Positions 46,890 through 57,129 are shown, numbered from the stretch's first letter. The stretch is 64,000 bases of DNA from Minisyncoccota bacterium (GCA_040876885.1 JBBDOU010000008.1:42986-106985), one strand, 5' to 3'. Made by a program: numbers and translations. Notes: generated by a model from the letters alone, not told the origin.

Positions 46890-47993
46890 ATGAAAATAAC
46901 CTGTGAAAAAAAAGATCTATTAAACAGCTTAGTTATTACAGAAAAAATAACTGGTACTAATCCAACACTACCAATCCTTAGTTGTGTGTTATTAATTGTG
47001 AAAGATTCAATTCTTACTGTACGTTCAACAAATCTTGAGCTTGGTATTGAAGTATATATACCAGTCACTTCAGAAGAAGATGGAATAGTTGCTATTCCGG
47101 GTCATATTTTTTATAACACTATACAAAATACACACGATAATTCTATTACTCTTGAAACACAAAAAGATACACTTGTTATTCAAACAAAACATAGTAAAAC
47201 AGTACTTAATACACAAATATATGATGATTTTCCATCATTACCAATAATTCAAAACAACACAACATATACATTAAAAACAGAGAATATTATTAAAGGTATA
47301 GAATCAGTTGTGTATAGTGCGTCTAATTCAACTATTAAACCAGAGCTTTCAAGTGTGTATGTGTATGAACATGATAATAAAATATTTTTTGTTGCAACAG
47401 ACTCTTTTCGATTAGCTGAGAAAACAACACATATTAAAGAAAAAAATACACTTAACCAATCATTTCTACTTCCATTAAGAAACGCATTAGAGGTGGTGAG
47501 AATTTTAAACCAATTACCAGATGATAATATTTTAATTAAAGTAGATAATAACCAAATATCCCTTGAAGGTAAAAATTTATTTATCACATCAAGAATTATT
47601 GATGGTGTATTTCCTGACTATAAACAAATTATTCCTAAAGATTATATTTCAGAGGTAATTGTATTAAAACAGGATTTAGTTAATGTTTTTAAGAAAATAA
47701 GTATTTTTTCTGATAAATTTGGACAGATATCTATCGATATACAACCAAAGAAAAAAAACGTGACCATACATACAAATAACAATACAATAGGGAAAACAAG
47801 TGATGGTATTGATGCTGCGGTGACTGGAGAAGCGTTGGTAATGAGTTTTAATTACCGATATATATACGATTGTCTTACCTCAATACATTCAGACAGTATT
47901 ACGTTACTTTTTACTGGTATTGGTAAACCACTTATTATAAAAGGTGTCTCTGATGAGTCATTTTTGTATCTCGTAATGCCGATGAATAAGTAA
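46890..47993 (+). CDS. dnaN: DNA polymerase III beta sliding clamp
   Basis: 367 aa with three-domain clamp architecture (MKITCEKKDLLNSL..., C-terminal LVMPM); directly after dnaA; about 28% GC. Confidence 0.88.
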   Translation: MKITCEKKDLLNSLVITEKITGTNPTLPILSCVLLIVKDSILTVRSTNLELGIEVYIPVTSEEDGIVAIPGHIFYNTIQNTHDNSITLETQKDTLVIQTKHSKTVLNTQIYDDFPSLPIIQNNTTYTLKTENIIKGIESVVYSASNSTIKPELSSVYVYEHDNKIFFVATDSFRLAEKTTHIKEKNTLNQSFLLPLRNALEVVRILNQLPDDNILIKVDNNQISLEGKNLFITSRIIDGVFPDYKQIIPKDYISEVIVLKQDLVNVFKKISIFSDKFGQISIDIQPKKKNVTIHTNNNTIGKTSDGIDAAVTGEALVMSFNYRYIYDCLTSIHSDSITLLFTGIGKPLIIKGVSDESFLYLVMPMNK

Positions 47994-48013
47994 CATAGAA
48001 AAAGATTCAAAAT

Positions 48014-48268
48014 ATGAAAACTATTGGCGATTTTTTTAAGAAATTTTCTCACATAAAACCAACAGCTCGGGTTATTAGAAAAATAATGGTAAGTATTCTC
48101 GATAAAAAAAATATACCAATTACAGAAGATGAGATTGTGTATAGTAGTGGAATTATATATATAAAAAGCAACCAGAGTGTAAAAAACGAGGTATTTATAC
48201 TTAAACAGACTCTTTTAAAAGAGTTGGAAGAAGGCCTTAATAGGAAAACGGTGACTGATATTCGTTAG
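48014..48268 (+). CDS. Small hypothetical protein downstream of dnaN
   Basis: 84 aa, AT-rich like dnaN; no motifs. Confidence 0.3.
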   Translation: MKTIGDFFKKFSHIKPTARVIRKIMVSILDKKNIPITEDEIVYSSGIIYIKSNQSVKNEVFILKQTLLKELEEGLNRKTVTDIR

Positions 48269-50757
48269 AACTGTATTTTCAAGAATGATTCGGTACTGTT
48301 TTTATTGAAAACAGAGTCGTAGATAACTGCAGTCGCTGTATTTTCTGTATTAATATTTTCTAATGTAAATGGGGAGAATGTGAAAGAAAATGGGTGTGTG
48401 TTTGATGAACCAATAAAGACACCATTAATAAAATAATCAACTTTTTTAATAGGAAAAACGTTAGTATAAGAAACTGCTAACGTAAGCGGCGAATCAATAG
48501 GTTTTGGCGTGTCTTCGTTTATTGAAGTAAAACGTACTGTGGGTTTGTTTTGGGGCGTATGGAGGGTGTCTACTGCTGTTGGGGCAGCACCTCCTCCAAG
48601 TATATTATTTTTTATAACCCATTCTTGTATCGGCCACTCCCATAAAGTATATTGAGGATCATTTTCTGGCGCTTTGGGTATCGCTCCGTGAGGTTTGTTT
48701 TTATCCACCCAGTGAAGAATAGAGTGCACACGAGTAACAACCCGAGTTTCCCGAGTTTCTTCTGGTGTAAATTCAGTTGCCAAGTTTCCTGAAATTGAAT
48801 CTATAATATATTGTTCACTGCCTCTCCATTCACCTTTTAAAACAGGTTTTATTTCTTCAGTGTTGCCCACGACTGGTTTTTTAAAGGATTCATTAGGAAA
48901 CGTTGGGAGTGCTACGCGCATAAACTCATTCCAAAGCGGTGCAATAGTGAAGCCCGCAACTTTTTTCTCCATAGGAGAGTTGTCGTTATTTCCTGCCCAA
49001 GCGCCAACGGCTATTGTTGGTGAGTAACCCACTATCCATGCGTCCCTAAAATCGTTTGTGGTACCTGTTTTTGAGGCAACATCATAGTCTTCAAAATACA
49101 AAGGTGATCGAGCGCCAAATGCTGGTGTCCGAGCTTCATTATCAGAGAGTACATCAGATATTTGTCGAGCGATTTGCGGTTCAAGCACTTGTGCTGGGTG
49201 CGCGCGGAATTCTTCTACAACGACTCCGTTTGTGTCTTCTATTTTGAGTATACCCGTGTAGGAATTCTTTACGCCATCATTTGCAAATACACTATATGCG
49301 CTTGTTATATCAAGCGGTGTGACTTCACCCCCTCCAAGTACTAACGTGAGTCCGTATCTCCCCACATCAGAGAGTGTCGTCAGTCCCATGTCGCGGGCGG
49401 TATTAAGAGAATCACTTAATCCTGATAGGTACAGAGCTTTTACTGCGGGTATGTTGATTGATTGGGCGAGTGCCTCACGAAATGTTATTGGCCCATGAAA
49501 GACCCCATCATAGTTTCCTGGGGAGTAGCAATTGTCTTCACTGGTAATGTTGTCTGGGGCACAATTTGTTGAGAATTGTGTTTTTAAGTCGAATACAACT
49601 GTGTCTGGTGTATACCCTTTCTTAAATGCCGTTGCGTATACAAAGGGTTTAAATGCAGAACCCGGTTGTCGTTTTGCAAGAGCAATATTAAAGTTTCCAT
49701 CTATTTCCTCATCAAAATAATCACGTGATCCGACCATAACAAGTATCTGACCTGTCTTAGGGTCAATTGCAGTGAGCGATGCATTTTCTGCGTTAAAGTT
49801 TTCTTCGTTTTCAAACGCGTAGCGCTTCACAATTTCTTCTGCTTTTTCTTGTAGTGGGTAATCAATTGTTGTTATTACTTTAAACCCTCTTTCTTCAAGC
49901 GCTCTTTTACCGTATTTATTTTCTAAATATTCCCTAATGAAAAATACAAAATGAGGAGCTTTAATACCAATGTCTTCTTGTGGTTTAAACGTGACCACTT
50001 CTTCTTTAGCATGAGTATACTCCTCCTCAGTAATGAAATTATTTTCAAACATCTTAAAGAGCACGAGGTTTTTTCGGGTTTCTAGTTTGTCTCGGTTGTT
50101 TCCGTGGGGTGAATAGTATGTTGGTGCTTGCGGGAGTGCTGCTAAGTATGCTGATTCGGTCAGTGAGAGTTCCACAGCAGATTTTCCAAAAAAAGCACGA
50201 CTCGCTTCTTCAATTCCATAGAGGTTTCCGCCGTATGGGGACTCATTTAGGTATAAGGCGAGAATCTCTTCTTTATTGAGTATTTTTTCGAGTTTAATAG
50301 AAAGAATCCACTCTTTTAATTTTCTTGATATCTTACGTTCGTTTGTTAAGAGAGAGTTTTTAACAACCTGTTGTGTGATAGTTGAACCACCCTGCACTCC
50401 TTTACCGCGAAGTGGCTGAATAAAGACCGCTCGAAACGTAGCGATAGGCCGAACACCAAAATGATTATAAAATTCTGCATCCTCTATAGCGATGGTAGCG
50501 TTTTTTATATTTCGTGAGATGTCTTCATAGGGAATAACTGTTCTTCTAACATTTTGATGTAGGTCGAAGAGAAGAATTTCTCCAGTTCGGTCGTAGATTT
50601 TTGTTGATTGCTCTACTTTCCTTTTCTCAAAAGACTGTAAGTCTGGTATCTCAAGGGTTGCGCCCCACAGGATAATACTGCCAGCTATAAGGAGCCCAAG
50701 TGCAAGGAAAAATACAATGGAGGTACGCAGAAAAGTACCTTTTCTTTTCTTTATCAT
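48265..50757 (-). CDS. Class A penicillin-binding protein (PBP1A-type glycosyltransferase-transpeptidase)
   Basis: N-terminal TM helix; GT51 motifs (EDAEFYNHFGV, GGSTITQQVVKN); transpeptidase SxxK/SxN/KTG motifs; C-terminal extension. Confidence 0.9.
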   Translation of the reverse strand: MIKKRKGTFLRTSIVFFLALGLLIAGSIILWGATLEIPDLQSFEKRKVEQSTKIYDRTGEILLFDLHQNVRRTVIPYEDISRNIKNATIAIEDAEFYNHFGVRPIATFRAVFIQPLRGKGVQGGSTITQQVVKNSLLTNERKISRKLKEWILSIKLEKILNKEEILALYLNESPYGGNLYGIEEASRAFFGKSAVELSLTESAYLAALPQAPTYYSPHGNNRDKLETRKNLVLFKMFENNFITEEEYTHAKEEVVTFKPQEDIGIKAPHFVFFIREYLENKYGKRALEERGFKVITTIDYPLQEKAEEIVKRYAFENEENFNAENASLTAIDPKTGQILVMVGSRDYFDEEIDGNFNIALAKRQPGSAFKPFVYATAFKKGYTPDTVVFDLKTQFSTNCAPDNITSEDNCYSPGNYDGVFHGPITFREALAQSINIPAVKALYLSGLSDSLNTARDMGLTTLSDVGRYGLTLVLGGGEVTPLDITSAYSVFANDGVKNSYTGILKIEDTNGVVVEEFRAHPAQVLEPQIARQISDVLSDNEARTPAFGARSPLYFEDYDVASKTGTTNDFRDAWIVGYSPTIAVGAWAGNNDNSPMEKKVAGFTIAPLWNEFMRVALPTFPNESFKKPVVGNTEEIKPVLKGEWRGSEQYIIDSISGNLATEFTPEETRETRVVTRVHSILHWVDKNKPHGAIPKAPENDPQYTLWEWPIQEWVIKNNILGGGAAPTAVDTLHTPQNKPTVRFTSINEDTPKPIDSPLTLAVSYTNVFPIKKVDYFINGVFIGSSNTHPFSFTFSPFTLENINTENTATAVIYDSVFNKNSTESFLKIQF

Positions 50758-50814
50758 AATAGTGAATCAATAGTAGCACAGACTCTCTAGGGCTGGAATT
50801 CGCTCTAGAATATA

Positions 50815-52056
50815 GTGAGTACTTCGTGCTACAGTAGGTGTATGTTTGGGTTACGAAGTCTAAAACAAAAACCAGTAGATACTGAGGTGTCTAAAGTAGA
50901 GGAAATTCTCGCTCGGGGAGTTTCTCAGGTTGTCGATATGGAAGCATTGCGAAAGAAACTCCTCTCTGGACGAAGACTTCGTATAAAACTTGGTATTGAC
51001 CCCACAAGCCCTCATTTACATATCGGCCGAGCTGTCTCACTTTTAAAACTAAGAGATTTTCAAGAGCTTGGACATACTATTGTGCTTATTATCGGAGACA
51101 CTACAGGTGTTATCGGAGACACCTCGGATAAAGACAGTGAACGCCCACTTCTTACAAGAGATGCCGTTAGAGAGAATGCAAAGACATATTTTAAACAAGC
51201 GGGAAAAGTTTTAGATATGAGTGCGGTTGAGAAGCATTACAACTCAACGTGGCTTTCAAAGCTTTCTTATAATGAAATTGGCGAGCACGCAGATCAATTT
51301 TCTGTTGCGGACTTTGTCGCTCGCGACAATATTAAAAAAAGACTTGATGGTGGTAAGCGAGTTTCTTTACGGGAAATACTCTATCCTCTTATGCAGGGTT
51401 ACGATAGTGTTGCGGTACACGCAGATGTTGAGATAGGTGGAAATGATCAATGGTTTAACCTTCTCGCCGGACGAAAACTTCAGTCTCGATTTAACCAAGA
51501 ACCGCAGGATATTGTTACCACAAACTTAATTCTCGGCACTGATGGTAGAAAAATGAGTTCAAGTTGGGGTAACACCATAAATTTAACCGACTCACCAAAA
51601 GACATGTACGGAAAAATTATGAGTATACCGGACGAGCTGATTGTTCCGTATTTTATTCACTGCACTCGAGTTGAGAACAATCGTATTCAGGATATAGAAA
51701 AAAAAATGGAGAAGGGGGATAATCCACGGGACTATAAGATGGAGCTCGCAAAGACAATTGTTGCGCTTTACCACACAGAGAAAGATGCACAAAAATCTGA
51801 AGAAGATTTTGTAAAAAAATTCCAAAATAAAGATGTGTCAGATGCGCGAGTAGTGTCTGTAAAAAGCAACACACTCCTTAAGGACGTCTTTGTGGCGGAA
51901 GGGGTGGTATCTTCTAGAAATGAATTTAATCGATTAGTAGCGTCTGGTGCTGTGAGTGTTGTTGGCGCTGATAAGGTATCTGACCTTAAAGAGATAGCAA
52001 CAGACAACACATACAAAATAGGGAAGCGAAGGTCGCTCACTATCGAGATTATTTAA
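50815..52056 (+). CDS. tyrS: Tyrosyl-tRNA synthetase
   Basis: HIGH-type motif (PHLHIGRAV), KMSKS variant KMSSSWGNT, C-terminal S4 domain. Confidence 0.9.
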   Translation: MSTSCYSRCMFGLRSLKQKPVDTEVSKVEEILARGVSQVVDMEALRKKLLSGRRLRIKLGIDPTSPHLHIGRAVSLLKLRDFQELGHTIVLIIGDTTGVIGDTSDKDSERPLLTRDAVRENAKTYFKQAGKVLDMSAVEKHYNSTWLSKLSYNEIGEHADQFSVADFVARDNIKKRLDGGKRVSLREILYPLMQGYDSVAVHADVEIGGNDQWFNLLAGRKLQSRFNQEPQDIVTTNLILGTDGRKMSSSWGNTINLTDSPKDMYGKIMSIPDELIVPYFIHCTRVENNRIQDIEKKMEKGDNPRDYKMELAKTIVALYHTEKDAQKSEEDFVKKFQNKDVSDARVVSVKSNTLLKDVFVAEGVVSSRNEFNRLVASGAVSVVGADKVSDLKEIATDNTYKIGKRRSLTIEII

Positions 52057-52061
52057 TGTAA

Positions 52062-52094
52062 GTAAAAACCCCGCACACAAGTGCGGGGTTTTTA
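52062..52094. terminator. Bidirectional terminator aaaaaccccgcacacaagtgcggggttttt
   Basis: Perfect stem with flanking A- and T-runs. Confidence 0.75.
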
Positions 52095-52111
52095 CTTAAA
52101 GAAGATTAGGA

Positions 52112-52228
52112 CTACTCTTCGTCATCGTCTCCATCTGTGTCTGTATCTAGGTCCATATCATCGTCTCCATCTGTGTCTGTATCTAGGTCCAAGTCGTCAT
52201 CTTCTAGCTCATCGTCAAAATAAAACAT
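52112..52228 (-). CDS. Small, highly acidic repeat peptide (38 aa), unannotated
   Basis: ATG...TAG ORF MFYFDDELEDDDLDLDTDTDGDDDMDLDTDTDGDDDEE, below the ORF-track length cutoff; lies immediately upstream of the CCCCGCA terminator. Confidence 0.3.
   Translation of the reverse strand: MFYFDDELEDDDLDLDTDTDGDDDMDLDTDTDGDDDEE
52120..52191. repeat. 36/37-bp tandem direct repeat (x2) inside the acidic mini-ORF
   Basis: atcgtctccatctgtgtctgtatctaggtcca occurs twice in tandem. Confidence 0.8.
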
Positions 52229-52442
52229 ACGTTTTTTATTTTAAATTTTAAATTTATACTAACCGACCCACAATCGTAAGAGTTTACGAAAATGTGACCC
52301 TATAGTTGTACCAGAACTTAGTACTTTTTCAATACCCCAATATTTTTTTTGTGGATAATCTGTGTATATCTCAAAAAACACAAACGAGGCTTCTGTTAAG
52401 CGACCTGCTCTGGCACTTCCATTTTTATACTCGCTCCACTCG

Positions 52443-52925
52443 TTAAAAAATAAGTCGCTCTGATGCGAGGCACGTAAGCCCAACAGCAATTGCATCATAC
52501 TCATCATCGAGTGCTATTTCCTTCCGTATTTCAATAAGGTGAGGGATCATTTTTGCCACCTGCTCTTTAGTGCTTTTCCCATAGCCAGATACCGCACTTT
52601 TGATCTGAAGGGGGGTATATTCAAAGATTAAAAGGTTTTCTTTTTTAGCTATATAGGTGATAACACCAATAACTTCTGTGACTGAAAGCGCTGTTTTTTG
52701 GTTTGTATTAAAAAAAAGCTGTTCTATCGCAATCACGTTTGGGGAGTATGTCTCAATAAGTCTTTCAATCTCTAATCCAATTTGGAGTAGGCGATCTTTG
52801 AAGGAGTCTTGTGTATCTGTCCTAAAGCAGTCTGAATACAAAAGAGTATCCTTTGGGGTATTTGTTTTTTCTATAATCGCAATACCAAGTCGTTCGTACC
52901 CCGGATCTATTGAAAGGACTCTCAT
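52443..52925 (-). CDS. ruvC: Holliday junction resolvase RuvC
   Basis: MRVLSIDPGYERLGIAIIE opening; catalytic acidic residues in RuvC spacing. Confidence 0.85.
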   Translation of the reverse strand: MRVLSIDPGYERLGIAIIEKTNTPKDTLLYSDCFRTDTQDSFKDRLLQIGLEIERLIETYSPNVIAIEQLFFNTNQKTALSVTEVIGVITYIAKKENLLIFEYTPLQIKSAVSGYGKSTKEQVAKMIPHLIEIRKEIALDDEYDAIAVGLTCLASERLIF

Positions 52926-52931
52926 AATTTT

Positions 52932-53480
52932 TTAATGAGATTCGTCACGCACCCGTTCATTAGTGAAAACATCTTGGACATCATCATGGTCAAGAATTGT
53001 TTCAATTAAACGTTCAAGCTTTTCGTTGTCATCTTTTGAAATCTCAACGGTTGTCTTAGCGGTGTACTCATCAGTATCTTTCTGAAATGCCCATGATGCT
53101 GCACCTGGAGCCGCAAGGGTAAGTCCTTGTTTCGTAAGCAGGTGTTTTATTTCAGCAGCAGTTCTGTTTCGATTATCAGTGAACCCTGAAATCATTATCG
53201 CCACTCCACCTGGGCCGTATACTTCATACAAAAGTGCTTCAAGCGCAACGCCCGTATCGTTTTTCCCTTTCTGTACCGCACGTGCAATATTGTCGTTTGG
53301 CATATTTGCTTGTTTTGCTTTCTCTATTGCAGCTCGAAGTCCTGGAGAGTTTTCGTCACCCTTTGCTTGTTTAGATTCAACAACAATAAGTTTTCCCAGC
53401 TTCCCAAAAATTTTGCTTTTCTGTGCGTCAGTTGCTGCTTTTTTATGTTTAATTTTTGACCATTTATTATGTCCACTCAT
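52932..53480 (-). CDS. yebC: YebC/PmpR-family regulatory protein (short form)
   Basis: MSGHNKWSKIKHKKAATDAQKSKIF N-terminus; conserved yebC-ruvC neighbourhood. Confidence 0.85.
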   Translation of the reverse strand: MSGHNKWSKIKHKKAATDAQKSKIFGKLGKLIVVESKQAKGDENSPGLRAAIEKAKQANMPNDNIARAVQKGKNDTGVALEALLYEVYGPGGVAIMISGFTDNRNRTAAEIKHLLTKQGLTLAAPGAASWAFQKDTDEYTAKTTVEISKDDNEKLERLIETILDHDDVQDVFTNERVRDESH

Positions 53481-53495
53481 AGTGTATCGGTGATG

Positions 53496-54533
53496 TTATA
53501 AAAGTGTAGTATGTCTCGGTGCTTGTTTTAGGTGTGTGTACGCCCGTTCTGTTACGACTCTTCCTCGTGGAGTTCTCTCAATAAGCCCTAGTTGTAGGAG
53601 ATATGGTTCGTGGACCTCCTCAATAGTCCCTTGCTCTTCTGATGTTGCTGCGGCAATGGTGCTCAGTCCGACTGGACCACCGTTGAACTTAGTGATGATA
53701 ATTTCAAGGAGTGCTCTGTCGGCCTGGTTGAGCCCGAGTGCATCTATTTGGAGTAATGAAAGCGCTTGGTCCACCATGTCTTTCTTTAGAGGCAGGTCTT
53801 TTACTTGGGCGAAGTCTCGACAGCGCTTCAAGAGAAAGTTTGCAGTTCGCGGTGTAAAGCGACTTCGTCGTGCGATCTCCGCAACGCTTTCACTATCGAT
53901 AGTAACACCTAATATTTTTGCGGAACGTTTCAAAATACTCTCAATCTCTTCATCGCTGTAATAGTTGAGACGGAATGTTCCTCCAGAAAACCGTGAGCGC
54001 AACGGAGACGAGAGTAGTGAGATACGCGTGGTTGCTGCGATAAGGGTAAATGGAGGGAGTTCTAGTTGGATTGTTCTTGCAGAAGGACCTTTCCCGATAA
54101 TAATGTCGAGTGCACCTGATTCCATAGCAGGGTAGAGTATTTCCTCAATTGTTTTATTAAGTCGATGTATCTCATCAATAAAAAGAATATCTCCAGGGTT
54201 CAGGTTTGTGAGAATTGCAGCAAGGTCACCGACGCGTTCTATTGCGGGGCCAGAGGTGATTTTAATTTGTGCTCCGATTTCACCTGCAATAAGGTGCGCG
54301 AGTGTTGTTTTCCCTAACCCAGGGGGTCCATAAAATAAAATATGCTCAGGAGGGTGTTCTCTCTGGCGAGCGGCAGTTAATAATATTTTTACGTTGTCTT
54401 TGAGGTTAGATTGCCCTATGTATTCGTCCCATTTATGAGGCCTGAGTGTTTGGTCAAGGAACGCTCGGTCAGTGGAGTCGAGGTTTCGCTCTTTTTCAGT
54501 AGTCGTATGAGGTTCTGGCTTAAGGGTTGACAT
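53496..54533 (-). CDS. ruvB: Holliday junction branch-migration helicase RuvB
   Basis: Walker [16 protein letters not shown], Walker [11 protein letters not shown], sensor and winged-helix regions. Confidence 0.95.
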   Translation of the reverse strand: MSTLKPEPHTTTEKERNLDSTDRAFLDQTLRPHKWDEYIGQSNLKDNVKILLTAARQREHPPEHILFYGPPGLGKTTLAHLIAGEIGAQIKITSGPAIERVGDLAAILTNLNPGDILFIDEIHRLNKTIEEILYPAMESGALDIIIGKGPSARTIQLELPPFTLIAATTRISLLSSPLRSRFSGGTFRLNYYSDEEIESILKRSAKILGVTIDSESVAEIARRSRFTPRTANFLLKRCRDFAQVKDLPLKKDMVDQALSLLQIDALGLNQADRALLEIIITKFNGGPVGLSTIAAATSEEQGTIEEVHEPYLLQLGLIERTPRGRVVTERAYTHLKQAPRHTTLL

Positions 54534-54757
54534 AGACTTTCTTTTATGTTAACATAGTTGAGTAACCACAAATAACGTATGTAGTGTGGTTTTTCTTTTT
54601 AATCCTTATTATAAACCCCTAAACAATTTAGCTCCGCGCTTTGAATCAGTTTCGAGGACGTCATGGTCTTACCTTAGGGTAAGCAGCTGTTTCCATCCTT
54701 AGATTTTTGATTGACTTTAGGTCTCCTAAAGTATTGCTTAGGGATTTATGCTTGGGA

Positions 54758-56506
54758 TTATAATTTTGAATTTTCTCCCTTATATTTTAGACTAGCATTT
54801 ATCTCTTCTAAATCAATAACCCGTTGTAGTTCTGAAAGAGAAGTGACACCTTGTAAAGCCTTAAGGACCCCATCTTGAGCCATAGTCAGAATTCCCTGTT
54901 TTTGGGCAGCCCGAGTGATTTCATGTTCGCTTGGGTTTTCTGTTACGAGTCGCTCTATTTCCTCATCAACAACAATTGCTTCAAATATCCCGATACGTCC
55001 TTTATATGCATTAGGGGTTTCTTCTGTTGCTTCAAAAATAACGTCCCTTTTTTCTGGAACGAGTGTCTTGTCGTAAATTGAATCAAGTATTGCGTCCACG
55101 AGCTCTTTGTTTCGTCCAGTGAGTGGCACTTCTTTTTTATAGTCATCTTTAAGTTTTCTGACGAGTCGTTGTGCCATAGCGATATTCACTGCTGATCCGA
55201 TAATTTTTGGATTAACGCCAAGATCAATAAGTCGAGGAAATGTTCCCGCAGCATTGTTTGTGTGGAGCGTAGAGAATACTAAGTGCCCCGTAAGGGCGGC
55301 GTTTACTGCGGTTGATGCCACCTCTTTATCTCGGATTTCTCCCACCATAATAATATCCGGGTCTTGTCGCAGTGTTGAGCGAAGCCCGCTTGCAAACGTG
55401 TAATGCTCACCTTCTGTTTGGGTCTGCACAATACCGGGAAGGTGGTACTCAATAGGGTTTTCTATGGTGATGATTTTAATATCAGGGCTGTGTACTTTCC
55501 TTAAGAAGGCATAGAGAGTTGTGGTCTTACCAGAGCCCGTAGGTCCTGTGTTAAGAATCATTCCATTTGGACGTCGCACTTCGCGCTCAAGAATCTTTTG
55601 TAGATTTAGAGGAATACCAAGCGCTTCCATCTCAACGCCAATAGCATTTGGGTCAAGGATACGCATGACGACAGATTCTCCATACGCTCCAGGGAGGATT
55701 GAGGTACGCATTTCAACATCTTTTTCATGAATTGAGACACTAAATCTGCCGTCCTGCGCTGCATTATGTCTATTGAGTTTTAATCCAGAAATAAGTTTAA
55801 GTCGGGATAAGAGTAGGGTGTAGGTTTCAATATCAAAAGAAAGTACGTCAGTAAGGACTCCGTCAAGTCGGTATCGAAGCCGTACGTATGTTTCCTCAGG
55901 TTCTATGTGCACGTCTGAGGCGTGGAGACCCATAGCACCCGCAAGCACTGCCTCAAGGATTCTTGAAATTCGATAAGACTTTTTCATCTGCATAACCCCT
56001 TCGATGTATGTTTTTACATCAGGTATGGATTTAAGTTTTTCAATAAGCGAAACAATTTCCTCTCCCGATATATCAAGGACACCCGCCTTAGACTCTGTTG
56101 AAAATGAAAGGTCTTTGTACCGCTCCCACGCACGTTCTAAGCTTGCTCGAGACACCATAAATACGTTGACTTCGTAGCCAAGTTTTTCAAGGTCTTTAAT
56201 GATACGCTGTACCTCTTTCTTCCCAGGAGCGCGCACCGCAAGAGAGAGGCGTTTCGCTACTTTATGAAAACCGGCCACCTCAAAAGCGCGGGCCTCATCT
56301 TCTTTAACAAGACGAAGTGCGTCAGTACTAATAGATGTCTGAGAAAGGTCGATGTAGTTCACCCCATATTTACTTGAAAGGATTTTTGCTAACGCCTCTT
56401 CTTCTTCAAGTCGGAGTTTCAATACACGCTCTTCTTGTTCTGATTCATCAAATGTGGCCATATTTATGGCTTCATTGTAGTCTTTTTTATCCGTTCCAAC
56501 AAACAA
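54758..56506 (-). CDS. pilB: PilB/GspE-family secretion (type IV pilus assembly) ATPase
   Basis: N-terminal GSPII-like domain; Walker A GPTGSGKTTTL; Asp box and His box; about 570 aa; start may be the internal MATFDE. Confidence 0.88.
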   Translation of the reverse strand: MFVGTDKKDYNEAINMATFDESEQEERVLKLRLEEEEALAKILSSKYGVNYIDLSQTSISTDALRLVKEDEARAFEVAGFHKVAKRLSLAVRAPGKKEVQRIIKDLEKLGYEVNVFMVSRASLERAWERYKDLSFSTESKAGVLDISGEEIVSLIEKLKSIPDVKTYIEGVMQMKKSYRISRILEAVLAGAMGLHASDVHIEPEETYVRLRYRLDGVLTDVLSFDIETYTLLLSRLKLISGLKLNRHNAAQDGRFSVSIHEKDVEMRTSILPGAYGESVVMRILDPNAIGVEMEALGIPLNLQKILEREVRRPNGMILNTGPTGSGKTTTLYAFLRKVHSPDIKIITIENPIEYHLPGIVQTQTEGEHYTFASGLRSTLRQDPDIIMVGEIRDKEVASTAVNAALTGHLVFSTLHTNNAAGTFPRLIDLGVNPKIIGSAVNIAMAQRLVRKLKDDYKKEVPLTGRNKELVDAILDSIYDKTLVPEKRDVIFEATEETPNAYKGRIGIFEAIVVDEEIERLVTENPSEHEITRAAQKQGILTMAQDGVLKALQGVTSLSELQRVIDLEEINASLKYKGENSKL

Positions 56507-56615
56507 GAGTGGTGCATAGCACTATTGACAAACAGTATTGATTTGTGATATAATTAATATAGAAATGAAGGGTGTGCGATTGTGCATAGCCCCACCAAAA
56601 TTAGAGGATAAAGTC

Positions 56616-57023
56616 ATGAAGTGCCTTAAATCTTTCGTTACTGTACTGGCATTTTTTCTTCTGACAGCGTGCGCAGTCCAGGGAGTTCAAACACAACAAC
56701 CCCTCCCATTACCGTCGTCACTTGCTGAGAAGGTGGCGGACTGCACGTTCAACTTCGGAAACCGCGAAGGCGCGCTCTGGAGTTGTGAGAGTAAGGTCAA
56801 CTTGACCATTGCCGAAGCCGTTCTCGTTGAACAGTGGGCGCGTCAAAAAGATGCTGAAATTCTTGCGCTTCAGCGTCCACAGGTCAACTTCTCTCTTTTT
56901 GGGGTGAGGAACACTTCAAACAAAGTGACAACGTCACACTTTGACCGGAAACACTACGGCCTGAGGGACCAAGAGCATCGTTACCGCCGTAACCCAGAAA
57001 GATGGGTGTGGCGCCCTAATTGA
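56616..57023 (+). CDS. Putative lipoprotein, unknown function
   Basis: GAGGA Shine-Dalgarno then MKCLKSFVTVLAFFLLTAC lipobox-like signal. Confidence 0.5.
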   Translation: MKCLKSFVTVLAFFLLTACAVQGVQTQQPLPLPSSLAEKVADCTFNFGNREGALWSCESKVNLTIAEAVLVEQWARQKDAEILALQRPQVNFSLFGVRNTSNKVTTSHFDRKHYGLRDQEHRYRRNPERWVWRPN

Positions 57024-57043
57024 GACACTTTTAGTATCAGGGA

Positions 57044-57094
57044 TAAGGCGGACAGTTATGCAGTAAGCATAGACTTGTCCGCCTTTTTATTTTC
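57044..57094 (+). terminator. Rho-independent terminator
   Basis: aaggcggacag ... cttgtccgcctt hairpin followed by TTTTTATTTT. Confidence 0.6.
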
Positions 57095-57129
57095 AAACGG
57101 ATTTCTCCAAGAGGTGTTAAAATATATAC

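Noticed and set aside
52259-52507. 82-aa minus-strand ORF overlapping the 3' end of ruvC by 65 bp
   Set aside because: It overlaps ruvC in another frame and has no motifs. The region 52259-52440 is more likely 3' UTR or promoter DNA.
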